Positions 27,893 through 36,838 of a stretch of DNA of 50,045 nt are shown one piece after another. The notes under the pieces are model-generated. The model did not search any database. It was not told the DNA's origin and was given only the letters and a program-made list of their open reading frames with translations. The DNA is from Pseudomonadota bacterium (GTDB lineage Bacteria > Desulfobacterota > Desulfobacteria > Desulfobacterales > JBDRRP01): NCBI GenBank assembly GCA_043825735.1, contig JBDRRP010000058.1:1-50045 (forward strand), written 5' to 3'. Numbering within the stretch: position 1 is the first letter of the stretch; every line of letters begins with the position of its first letter. The translations under genes and the position numbers were made by a program.

Positions 27893-29452
27893 TTATTCAT
27901 TAAACCGACGCCATCCTTGCAGGTAGTACTGATAGAGCACCGGCTGATCGAGGCGGTTGATTTCGACGGCACCCGCCGACATGAGGTCTTTTCCGAAGCT
28001 GAACATGGCGCCCAGGGTCTCGGTGGTGAGAAACCGGGTGGGTACGCTGACCTTCGCCGTCTGCGGGTTAAGCGGGTGTTTGGCAGCGAGGACAAATCCC
28101 CACTCGCCGAATGACGGCACATGCACGTGATAGGGAACCGCAATCAGCCGGGCCGTGTCGTTTTCCGGCGCCGCGGCCCCGGCGATGGTGGCGGCGATGC
28201 ACCAAAAGGCATCCGGGGCAAAAAAGGGGCTGGTGGCCTGGGTCACCATGACCCCGCCCACCGCGAGTCGGCGCGAACACAGGGCATAAAAGGCTGTCGA
28301 GTAAAGCTTAGTCATCGACTCGGAGTTGGGGTCGGGCAGATCGACGATGATGACGTTGAAAAAGTCGCGGCTGTTTTCCACGTACTTCATGGCGTCCGTG
28401 TTGACGATGTCAACGCGCGCATCGTTCATGCTGCCGCCGTTCAGCGCCACCAATTCAGGCCGCTCGCGGCCCAGCCGGGTCATTTCGGGATCAAGATCCA
28501 CCAGCACGATCCGCTTGACTGGCCCGTATTTGAGCACTTCCCGGGCGGCCATGCCGTCACCGCCGCCCAGAATCAGAACGGTCTCCGGCCGGGCCGCCAG
28601 TTCCATGGCCGGCAGCACCAGCGCCTCATGGTATCGGGCTTCGTCGACGGCGGAGAACTGGATGTGCCCGTTTAAAAACAACCGGATGTCATCGCGCCAC
28701 CGGGTGAGAACGATGCGCTGGTATGTCGTCGTCTTGGCGTAGATCACGCTGTCCTGGTAGAGCATGTCCTCCAGAAAACCCACCATCTCTCCGGAAAAGA
28801 TTAAGGCCAGCATCAAAATCAGTGCCGCCGCAGTTAATCGCAGCGATATCCACAGCCGCCGCCCTCCCAGAAACGTGATGCCCGCCGCCGCGACCACCAG
28901 GTTCATGACACCGAACACCACAGAGGCCCTGCTCAGCCCAAGCCATGGAAGGACCACCAGGGGAAAAAGGATCGCTCCGACCAGGGCCCCGGCGTAGTCG
29001 ATGGCCAGAACATGACTCACCGCATCTGAAAAATCGGCGTTCTCCTTGAGAATTCGGATCAGCAGCGGGATCTCGATGCCGATAAGGATACCGATGGTGG
29101 CGCACAAACTATAAAAAATCACCGGAAAAACAGGATCGAGGTAGGCGCTGACCGCAAACATGGCGATCGATGACAATCCGCCGACAAGACCGATAACGAT
29201 TTCCACTTCGATAAAGGTCTTTAGCAGATCGCCGACGACAAACTTCGCCAGGTAGGATCCCAACCCCATGGCGCACAGAAAAACACCGATCACCAGTGAA
29301 AACTGGGTGACGGCATCGCCCATGATGTAGCTCGAAACGGCCCCGGCCACGAGCTCGTACACCAGACCGCAGGCGGCCACAAGAAACACGGACCCCAGCA
29401 ACACCACGCGAGCGGCAGGAGATGGCGAAAAAGTGGGGCGGCGGCGGGTCAT
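27893..29452 (-). CDS. speE: Membrane-bound polyamine aminopropyltransferase (spermidine synthase-like)
   Basis: About 7 N-terminal TM helices (ACGLVYEL), DEARYHEALV, LILGGGDG, VDLPDP, VPSFGEWGF. Confidence 0.9.
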   Translation of the reverse strand: MTRRRPTFSPSPAARVVLLGSVFLVAACGLVYELVAGAVSSYIMGDAVTQFSLVIGVFLCAMGLGSYLAKFVVGDLLKTFIEVEIVIGLVGGLSSIAMFAVSAYLDPVFPVIFYSLCATIGILIGIEIPLLIRILKENADFSDAVSHVLAIDYAGALVGAILFPLVVLPWLGLSRASVVFGVMNLVVAAAGITFLGGRRLWISLRLTAAALILMLALIFSGEMVGFLEDMLYQDSVIYAKTTTYQRIVLTRWRDDIRLFLNGHIQFSAVDEARYHEALVLPAMELAARPETVLILGGGDGMAAREVLKYGPVKRIVLVDLDPEMTRLGRERPELVALNGGSMNDARVDIVNTDAMKYVENSRDFFNVIIVDLPDPNSESMTKLYSTAFYALCSRRLAVGGVMVTQATSPFFAPDAFWCIAATIAGAAAPENDTARLIAVPYHVHVPSFGEWGFVLAAKHPLNPQTAKVSVPTRFLTTETLGAMFSFGKDLMSAGAVEINRLDQPVLYQYYLQGWRRFNE

Positions 29453-29499
29453 GGAAAAGAAAACCGGAGGGGAAACAAAATGGTAACCGGAGATCGGCG

Positions 29500-29770
29500 G
29501 ACGGAACACGGAACACTGAACACGGGACACGGCAAGGGCAAAATCATTATTTGAGGAGTGTTTGTCATAGTCCTGTTTTCCGAATAATGCCCGGCAACAT
29601 TTTGATCACCACGGTGATCGCGGAGGACACGGAGATTTTTTAATTCATATCTCCGGCAGAATCGCAGGGAAAAGCACTCGCGCAATTTAATTTCCCGCAG
29701 TTCTCTGCGTCTCGGCGCCTCTGCGCGCGAACATCTTTTTGGGTTAAAAAACCCCCGTGCTCCGTGGTTC
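29500..29770. repeat. 7-mer tandem (ACACGGA) and 9-mer-arm palindromes
   Basis: ACGGAACACGGAACACTGAACACGGGACACGG; CACCACGG...ACACGGAGA / CCGTGCTCCGTGG; TCTCTGCGTCTCGGCGCCTCTGCGCG. Confidence 0.7.
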
Positions 29771-29891
29771 ATCGTTACTGCACGAAAAAGCCGGCTGGCG
29801 CATTCGGCCTAAACGCAGAGGGTATTCCAGCCGCAGCACGCCTTCTATCATAAAACGTGCGCCGTGCAACGTTTACCCAAACCCAGCACGG

Positions 29892-30107
29892 TTAGGTGAT
29901 CGCCGCCGCGATGATGATGGCCAGGCCGAGGATGACGGCGCCAAACAGGATGGCCAGGGCGATGTTCTGATCCTCTTCGATCTCTTTTCGGATGGAAAAG
30001 GGAGTGATCTTCTCGAAGATGAAAAACGCCGCGGCAAACACACCAAGCCCCAGCACGGTGTATACAATGGATAGCACGAAATTGGTGATATGAAGCGTCA
30101 TGTCCAT
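29892..30107 (-). CDS. DUF350 family membrane protein
   Basis: Two TM segments around EKITPF.I.KEI.E.QN.ALAI. Confidence 0.88.
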   Translation of the reverse strand: MDMTLHITNFVLSIVYTVLGLGVFAAAFFIFEKITPFSIRKEIEEDQNIALAILFGAVILGLAIIIAAAIT

Positions 30108-30132
30108 GATGGTTTCCCTAAAAAGCGAGTGT

Positions 30133-30445
30133 GCGGCTTCGCCGCGGTTCCGGGTTCGGCGGCTGCGCCGCGGTTCCAGGTTCACGGTTCCGGGTTCAGG
30201 GGTTAAAACCCTTGAACCTCTTTTTTAACCGTTGAACCTTTTTTTAACCCTTGTTTGCTTTTCTTGGCGTTCTTTGCGTCTTGGCGCGAGACAATGGGTT
30301 GTCGCCTTTTCTGGCATCTGTCATCTGCCATCTGTTATCTGCTTGCCCGCCGTAGCTTTTTTTGCGAAGGAGGGTCTTCTGCCTGTCCCCCGACTTGTCC
30401 GCCCTTACGCAGTGACGGCGGGAGCCTTGGCGAAGGTGGGTCGTC
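30133..30445. repeat. Cluster of 7-mer tandems and REP-like palindromes
   Basis: (C)GGTTCC/A 7-mers interleaved with GCGGCTTCGCCGC mini-hairpins; CATCTGT/C 7-mers; two CCGCC..AGC.TT.GCGAAGG.GG units. Confidence 0.7.
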
Positions 30446-30449
30446 TGCC

Positions 30450-30665
30450 CTACTTCCCTCCGCTCAAACCGCCGCCCCGGTGCGTCCGGCCCGCGCGCAT
30501 GGGCAGCACCATGGCCCCCCGGCGTCCGATAAGACTTTCCTGCCGGAGCCGGACCCCTTGAGGAAACGCCGCGGAGGGGATGCCCCATTTGGCGAAAGTC
30601 GCCGCCGAGGCATAAATAGTGCTGACCGCCGCCGCACCGATGACCAGAGCCCTCAAAAAACCCAT
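30450..30665 (-). CDS. Small membrane protein ending GGGLSGGK (typical companion of DUF4178/DUF350 operons)
   Basis: AGGAG RBS, one TM, LRQES...GGG.GGK tail, operon position. Confidence 0.7.
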   Translation of the reverse strand: MGFLRALVIGAAAVSTIYASAATFAKWGIPSAAFPQGVRLRQESLIGRRGAMVLPMRAGRTHRGGGLSGGK

Positions 30666-30736
30666 GGGAATGTTCTCCTATTTTGTTCGGCATCCGGTCC
30701 ACCGCGCATGGTCACCCCAAAACCGACACCCTGTTC

Positions 30737-31170
30737 ACTCGCCAAGCCGCAAAGTTCGCAAAGAACTGCAATTGATAGAAAAATGAACGTCCAACATCGA
30801 ACGCTGAACGTCGAATGAAAACCCCATCGACAGCAACCGAATATGCATTTCACCGTTCGTCTTTTCATTCATCATTCGACGTTTGAAGTTCGGTGTTCAA
30901 GGTTGAAACACTTAAACCGCCTTTAAACCCATCCTGCTTTTCTCTGCGTCTCGGCGTCCCTGCGCGAGAAATCTTTTTGGTTTTCTTGGCACTCTTTGCG
31001 TCTTTGCGCGAGTGCCCACTTCGCGGGGGTTCCGGGTTCGGCGCCTACGGCGCTGTTCAAAGTTCATGGTTGAAACCGTTTTCTTTTATCTTTCTTGGCG
31101 TTCTTTGCGTCTTTGCGAGAGACAATGGGTTTTCGCTGTTGGAGTACCGTGTACCGTGTACCGTGCACCG
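30737..31170. repeat. Second composite 9-mer/7-mer palindrome plus additional arms and GTACCGT tandem
   Basis: 30737-30900 is an inverted homologue of 27657-27848. Further arms at 30941, 30984 and 31092; about 4 copies of GTACCGT at 31144. Confidence 0.8.
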
Positions 31171-31173
31171 TTT

Positions 31174-32511
31174 TCAATCATCATCATCGTCGTCGTCATC
31201 ATCGTCGCCCTTGCGCCATCTGCTCCAGAAAATGAAGGTGAGCACCAGCAGGACGAAGCAGACAACTGCGGCCAAGGCAAAAGGGATCCACGGCTGGACC
31301 CTGTCGTAGACGCGCACGCGCAGATCGTGGAGGGCGGCGTCCGCCTGTTCGGTATTGCCCCGGGCGCTCACGGCCTGAACGTGGATACGGTAATCGCCTG
31401 CCTGGGGGATCATCACCATGAAGGATTCGCTCTGGCTGCCCTCGCTCCAGCCCTCGCCATCCTCATACCCGTGGTAGTAGGATATGCCCGCCAGGTAGGG
31501 CTGAACTACCAGGTCCTCATCGCGCACCACCTGGGCGTCGAGTTCCATCCACGCGTTGTCCAGCGGTGCGCTGAATTCGATTCTTTGGATGGTGCCGCCG
31601 CCTGAAATCCGGAAGGGGTTCGTAATCACGCCCTCGGAGACCTCCGCCGCGGGAAAGGATTGCCGGAGTACCCAGGTACCGCGGGTATAACAAAACGCCG
31701 CCAGCGCGCCGTTGAATACCAGGCAGGCCAGCGCGACCATCATCATGCGCATGTACCATTTTCGAATGACGGCCGCATCCGGCCTGTCGGCCGGTGAGAC
31801 TGCCTCTTTGCCCAGTTCGGCCTTTTTGGTGGCGCGTCGCACCATGGCCAGCGGGAGTCGGCGGCCCTCGCCGTACTCCATCTCGGTCTCGATGCTTTGG
31901 GCTTCATAGATACGGCCGGACCCGCTCTTTTCCGCGAACTCGGCGTACTCGATGCGATCGCCCACCGAGGCGATCCACGGCAGTGCCCCGTCCACATAGT
32001 ACAGCTCGTAGGTGCCTACCCCTTCAGCCACCCACTGCCTGCCGTCATGGGTGTCGATGACGTCGCCCTTGGCGACGCTGAAAGGCACTTGCTTTGGCAG
32101 CACGTGCGAATCGCAGGTAAGGCTGTACTCCCCATCGTACTCTCCAAGCCACAGCGTGCCCATGCGCGGGTTGTACAGCAGGTATTCCCGGGTCATGTCG
32201 GAGGAATCGTCGTCCTCGATAAAGGCCAGACGGGCGAGAACTTCAAACCTCGTGGCACGGTGGTAAAAGCTGTCGCCGAGTTGCAGTGGAAACGAAACCG
32301 CACGGTCCGGATTCTTGCCAAGAACGGTCTGCTCTTCTGCGGAGATGTCCAGACGGCTTCCGCAGTAATCGCAGACCACCATTTCACTATGTTCGTTCTT
32401 TACGGTGAGGCCGGCTCCGCAACCGCTGCAGCGAATGTTCTTCGGTTGATAGGGCGGCCGCGCCCGCCCGGCATTGAGCCCGAAACGCTCCTGATCCACC
32501 GCGCTCACCAT
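31174..32511 (-). CDS. DUF4178 domain membrane protein with Zn-ribbon
   Basis: CSGCGA...CDYCGS, REYLLYNP..G..WL.EY.G, V.G.LPW, two TM segments, poly-Asp tail. Confidence 0.8.
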   Translation of the reverse strand: MVSAVDQERFGLNAGRARPPYQPKNIRCSGCGAGLTVKNEHSEMVVCDYCGSRLDISAEEQTVLGKNPDRAVSFPLQLGDSFYHRATRFEVLARLAFIEDDDSSDMTREYLLYNPRMGTLWLGEYDGEYSLTCDSHVLPKQVPFSVAKGDVIDTHDGRQWVAEGVGTYELYYVDGALPWIASVGDRIEYAEFAEKSGSGRIYEAQSIETEMEYGEGRRLPLAMVRRATKKAELGKEAVSPADRPDAAVIRKWYMRMMMVALACLVFNGALAAFCYTRGTWVLRQSFPAAEVSEGVITNPFRISGGGTIQRIEFSAPLDNAWMELDAQVVRDEDLVVQPYLAGISYYHGYEDGEGWSEGSQSESFMVMIPQAGDYRIHVQAVSARGNTEQADAALHDLRVRVYDRVQPWIPFALAAVVCFVLLVLTFIFWSRWRKGDDDDDDDDDD

Positions 32512-33137
32512 TGAAGGCCCTCGTCGTCCAGCGTCAGGTCACCGTATTTGAGCCATTTGCCGATAAAAACCGTGGGCGGATCGGCGTCGTATTCAATGCC
32601 GAAAATGGCCTTCCCGTCGGGGGTGCCGGCATCGGCGAACATGTACGACTCACCGGTGACGGCTGCGATGGGCAGCGCCCCTTCGACACCGATGCATGTG
32701 GCGCGGCCCACTTCGCGCACCACGACGGTGGTGTCTTTGCCGATGGCGATAGTCTTTCCGGGATGCAAGAATTCAAACTCGGGGATACGCTCCGGGGCGG
32801 TGCGCGTCTGGAGCGCCAGTTCATGGTTGTCTTCGGTCAGCCAACCGATGCTGCCGTCGTTGAACTCGAGAAACCATTCGTCCCAGAACCCCTTGCCGAA
32901 GCTGTAGCGCACGCGCCCCATGACGACGAAGCGCTGTTTGTCGAGGCTCCCGGTGGCCCCGCGATAGAGGCGGGAAAATCCTTCCGGAAGGATAGACTGC
33001 TTACCGGCGCTCCGGATCTTTTCCTTATCCCAGTACACGGCGTTGCCGCAGTATTCGCAGACCACCGTGATGACCCCGGGATTGAGCACATCTTGGGTGG
33101 CGCCGCAGGAGGGGCAGGATATGGCCTGAGCTTCCAT
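32505..33137 (-). CDS. DUF4178 domain protein with Zn-ribbon
   Basis: CPSCGA...CEYCG, GRVRY....G.WDEW.L.F.DG..GWL.ED, VEGALP. Confidence 0.85.
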   Translation of the reverse strand: MEAQAISCPSCGATQDVLNPGVITVVCEYCGNAVYWDKEKIRSAGKQSILPEGFSRLYRGATGSLDKQRFVVMGRVRYSFGKGFWDEWFLEFNDGSIGWLTEDNHELALQTRTAPERIPEFEFLHPGKTIAIGKDTTVVVREVGRATCIGVEGALPIAAVTGESYMFADAGTPDGKAIFGIEYDADPPTVFIGKWLKYGDLTLDDEGLQW

Positions 33138-33282
33138 CAGTGTCCGTCCACAAACGGCATATTTTGACTCCTGGCGGCGTTCTCGCTCATTTTCAATCCT
33201 CGAAATAGACGGGCTATGTCTGCGGTTGAAAACTCGCTCGGGCCTTGCCAGAAGTCAAAATCTACCGCTTGTGAACGGACAC
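33138..33282. mobile_element. Diverged MITE-like element (family B), followed by a partial second unit to about 33333
   Basis: Ends AGTGTCCGTCCACAAACGGCAT / TACCGCTTGTGAACGGACAC, central AATAG.CGG.CTAT; same architecture as 45264-45411. Confidence 0.75.
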
Positions 33283-33494
33283 GGGGCACCCCACAAGCGG
33301 CATCTTTTGGCTCCTGGCGGCGTTCTTGCCTGGAAGCCTGCGCGAGGCGCAGGGTTTCCAAGGCAATGATTCGCATAATGCTGGAATGAGGCTACAAAAT
33401 GGCATGTTCCCTGTCAAACCTAAAACGGATGACCAGGCGAAATGCCCGGTCACCCGTTTTAAAGAAAGCGCGCTGCGCCGTCACCCTTAAAACT

Positions 33495-33620
33495 CGATGG
33501 CCATGTAAAAAAGTCTGAAATCACCACAGAGGACGCAGAGACCACAGAGATAAACCATTAATTATTAAACATATCCTCTGCGATCTCTGCGGTTTAAAAT
33601 CACTCTTTTCGGTATCATCA
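33495..33620. repeat. MITE-like palindromic element (family A), second copy
   Basis: Shares CCATGTAAAAA(A)GTCTGAAATCACCACAGAGGAC.CAGAGA and AAAATCACT.TT..CGG with 22183-22317. Confidence 0.85.
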
Positions 33621-33674
33621 AACTACTATCTCCAAACTTCTATCTCCAAACTTCTATCTTCAAACTGCTATCTC
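33619..33674. repeat. 14-bp tandem repeat x4 (CAAACTTCTATCTC)
   Basis: Four consecutive units; the last overlaps the RND stop codon. Confidence 0.9.
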
Positions 33675-36600
33675 CCATCTTCCGCCTTCAGCCGCGCCCC
33701 CACCCCCGTGATCTTCTTCGCCCCGGGCATCAGCCCCCGGATGTCCTCGTTGATGCCGTAAAGGCACGGGACAATCATCAGCGTAATGCCGGTGGCGAAA
33801 ATGATTCCGTAACCCAGCGAGAGCGCCATGGGAATGAGAAACCGGGCCTGCCGCGAGGTCTCGAAAATCATGGGGGCCAGCCCGCCGTAAGTCGTCAGGG
33901 TCGTGAGCAAAATGGGTCTGAAGCGGTGGATGCCGGCGCTGAGTATCGCGTCGTGCCAGTTGCCGCCCGCCAGGCGGTTACGGTTGGCGAAATCGACCAT
34001 GACCAGCGAGTCGTTGATGACCACCCCCGAGAGGGCCACCACGCCGAACATGCTCATGACGCTGAGGCTGTAGCCCATTATCAGGTGCCCGATAACCGCA
34101 CCCACGATGCCGAAGGGAATGGCGCACATGACGATGAGGGGCTGGGTGAAACTGTTGAAAGGCACGGCCAGCATGGCGTAAATCACCAGCAGCGCAATGG
34201 ACAGCCCGCGGACCAGGCTCTCCATGCTTTCCCGGCGGTCGGCCTGGTGCCCCTCGAAGCTGTATTTGAGCCCGGGATAACGCCCCTTCAATGCCGGCAG
34301 GGTGTCGCTGGTCAGGGCCGTCATCACTTCACCGGCCTTGCTGCGCGGCCTGACATAGGCCGACACGGTGACAATGCGCCGGCCGTCATGGCGGGCGATG
34401 GTCGTGTATGCCCGCCCCCGCTTCACAGTCACCGCCTCAGCCAGGGGAATTTCCTTGCCCGACGGTGTGCGCAGGATCATTTCTTCCAGGTGGTGCTCAC
34501 TGGAGCGCTCGGCCAGGGGCAGCCGAACCATCACCTTCACCTCGTTTCGGCCCCGCTGCTGGCGCAGGGCTTCAGCGCCGTAAAAGGCATTGCGCACCTG
34601 CGCGGCCACATCCCGGGAATGCAGCCCAAGACTGCGGGCTTCCGGACGAATTCTGAAATCGATCTGCTGTTTTCCCGGCATGACGCCGTCGTCAGGATCG
34701 AAAACATTGGGGAAATACCCCAGTGCGTCGGCCACGGCGGCGGCGGCGGTATCCAGCGTCTCCACATCCCGGTGGCTCAACTCTAAAGAGATGTCCGCGC
34801 CGCGGCCCGGTCCGCCGGCATCGGATTCGAACTTGAGACTCTCCAGGCCGGCGATGGATCCGGTCCGCTGCTGCCAGAGTTCGGTCACCCGTGCGGTCGA
34901 CAGGGGGCGCACCTTCGGCGGGGTCAGGAAAACGCGCACCTCCAGGGTGTTCTGGTTGATCCAGGCGTAGATCCCTTCCACAAGTCGCTCGGCTCCGTTT
35001 TCAGCGGCCACCGCCTGGGCGGTGGCCACCAGCCGCTGCTCCACGTCCCGGGTTTTTTGAAAAGCGGTCCCAAACGGCAGTGTGGCCGTCGCCATGGCAT
35101 AGTCGGACTCGATTTTGGGAAAGAGCTCAAATCCCATGCGCCCGCTGCGGACATAGGCCAGGGTGAGAATGAGAATGGCCACGCCGATGCTCACGGTGAC
35201 ATACCGGTAGCGCAGGCAAAAATCGAGCGCCGGTCCATAAATGTTGCGCACCGCCCGGGCAAAGCCGTCACTGAAACGCTGCTGCCGGCGGTAGACCCAG
35301 CCCAGGGGGCCCCGGTGCGTCTTTTCCTTCTGATGGGCGAGGTGGGCGGGCAAAATCAACAGGCTCTCCACCAAAGAGACGGTAAACACGCAGATCACCA
35401 CCAGCGGGATCTCGCGAAAGGCCTTGCCCATAAAGCCGGGCACAAAGAGAATGGGTACAAAGGCCACCATGTTGGTGAGCACGCTGAACACCACCGGCAG
35501 CATGACTTCCCGAGCGCCGTCTACCGACGCGTCGAACCACGACTTCCCCCGCTGCCGGTGATGATAGACGTTCTCACCGGCCACGATGGCGTCGTCCACA
35601 ACGATACCGAGCGTAACGATGAAGGCGAACATGGAGACGATGTTGATGCTGACCCCCAGGACGGGAAGCATCAAAAACGCGCCGAAGATGGAAATGGGGA
35701 TGCCGAGACTCACCCAGAAGGCCAGTCGCGGCTCGAGAAAGATGGCCAGCAGGATAAAAACCAGCGCCAGGCCGAGATACCCGTTTCTGAGCATCAGATC
35801 CATGCGCTGGCTGTAAATCTCCGAGCGGTCGTTGAGGGTATTGAGCGCCAGCCCCGGCGGGAGAAGGCTCGCCGGCATGGATTCGGCGTAGCGCCTCACC
35901 GTGTCGGCCAGCGTAATGGGCGTCTGGTCTCCCACCTGGTAGACATCGATCATCACGGCCGGCTTGCCGTTGTAGGTCGCCACCACGTCCACCTCGGCAA
36001 ACCCGTCACGCACCACGGCGATATCTTCCAAAAGCACTTCAGTGCCGGCCCCCGAGGTGATCACCGGAATGCGGCCGAATTCTGTGGCCAGATCCCGCCG
36101 CTCGGCCATCCGGATGAGGATGTCGCCGCCGGCGGTTTTCACGGCACCGCCGGGAATTTCCACGGCGGCCCGCTGGATGATGGCGGCGACCTCCCCCAGG
36201 GTGAGCCCATAGGTACGCAAAGTGGCCTGGGGGATCTCGATGCTGATCTCGAAATCCCGAACGCCGGAGAGCTCCACCTGGGTAATGGCGTCATCTTGCA
36301 GAAGACGATCCCGGATGCGCTCGGCGGTTTCGCGCAAAATCGCCTCGGATTGATCGCCGTACAAAACGAGCGAGATGACCGATCGCCGCCGCTGGGCGAT
36401 GGTGACCTGGGGCGTTTCGATATCGTCGGGAAAGGAGGTAATCCGGTCCACCGCGTTTTTGATATCCTGCGCCACCCGCTGGACATTTTCGCCTTCCATC
36501 ACATCAACGGTCAGGCTGGCCGAACCTTCACGGGCCGTGGCGTTGACCGTTTTGACCCCATCGATCGCCTGGACCCCTTCTTCGATGGATAGGATGATGC

Positions 36601-36838
36601 CCCGTTCCACCTCCTCCGGGCTGGCACCGGGGTAGGCCACCGAGATCGTGACCTGGTCCAGTTCGAAATCGGGGAAGACCTCTTTTTTGACACGACTGGC
36701 CATGATCAGACCGCCCACCAGCAGGACCACCATCAACAGGTTGGCCGTCACCGAATGGCCGGCCATCCATCGGATAGGGCCTCCCTGGCGCCGATCGACG
36801 TCGCCGCTCTCGTGTGGCGCAGGCACGTCAGGATGCAT
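33668..36838 (-). CDS. RND family efflux permease (AcrB/AcrD/AcrF-like)
   Basis: YPGASPEEVE, GIVVDDAIV.GEN, GVVINDSLV, RFRPILLTTLTT; 12-TM pattern. Start ATG 36838. Confidence 0.93.
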   Translation of the reverse strand: MHPDVPAPHESGDVDRRQGGPIRWMAGHSVTANLLMVVLLVGGLIMASRVKKEVFPDFELDQVTISVAYPGASPEEVERGIILSIEEGVQAIDGVKTVNATAREGSASLTVDVMEGENVQRVAQDIKNAVDRITSFPDDIETPQVTIAQRRRSVISLVLYGDQSEAILRETAERIRDRLLQDDAITQVELSGVRDFEISIEIPQATLRTYGLTLGEVAAIIQRAAVEIPGGAVKTAGGDILIRMAERRDLATEFGRIPVITSGAGTEVLLEDIAVVRDGFAEVDVVATYNGKPAVMIDVYQVGDQTPITLADTVRRYAESMPASLLPPGLALNTLNDRSEIYSQRMDLMLRNGYLGLALVFILLAIFLEPRLAFWVSLGIPISIFGAFLMLPVLGVSINIVSMFAFIVTLGIVVDDAIVAGENVYHHRQRGKSWFDASVDGAREVMLPVVFSVLTNMVAFVPILFVPGFMGKAFREIPLVVICVFTVSLVESLLILPAHLAHQKEKTHRGPLGWVYRRQQRFSDGFARAVRNIYGPALDFCLRYRYVTVSIGVAILILTLAYVRSGRMGFELFPKIESDYAMATATLPFGTAFQKTRDVEQRLVATAQAVAAENGAERLVEGIYAWINQNTLEVRVFLTPPKVRPLSTARVTELWQQRTGSIAGLESLKFESDAGGPGRGADISLELSHRDVETLDTAAAAVADALGYFPNVFDPDDGVMPGKQQIDFRIRPEARSLGLHSRDVAAQVRNAFYGAEALRQQRGRNEVKVMVRLPLAERSSEHHLEEMILRTPSGKEIPLAEAVTVKRGRAYTTIARHDGRRIVTVSAYVRPRSKAGEVMTALTSDTLPALKGRYPGLKYSFEGHQADRRESMESLVRGLSIALLVIYAMLAVPFNSFTQPLIVMCAIPFGIVGAVIGHLIMGYSLSVMSMFGVVALSGVVINDSLVMVDFANRNRLAGGNWHDAILSAGIHRFRPILLTTLTTYGGLAPMIFETSRQARFLIPMALSLGYGIIFATGITLMIVPCLYGINEDIRGLMPGAKKITGVGARLKAEDGR

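Noticed and set aside
27657..31170. Possible CRISPR array
   Set aside because: No constant 23-47-bp repeat with regular unique spacers, and no cas genes.
27560..31605. Small ORFs across the repeat-rich gaps (e.g. 27593-27811, 30232-30561, 30653-30868, 30893-31309)
   Set aside because: Their sequences (NVQHRT, LCVFAR, SLRLG) are translations of the 7-mer and 9-mer repeats.
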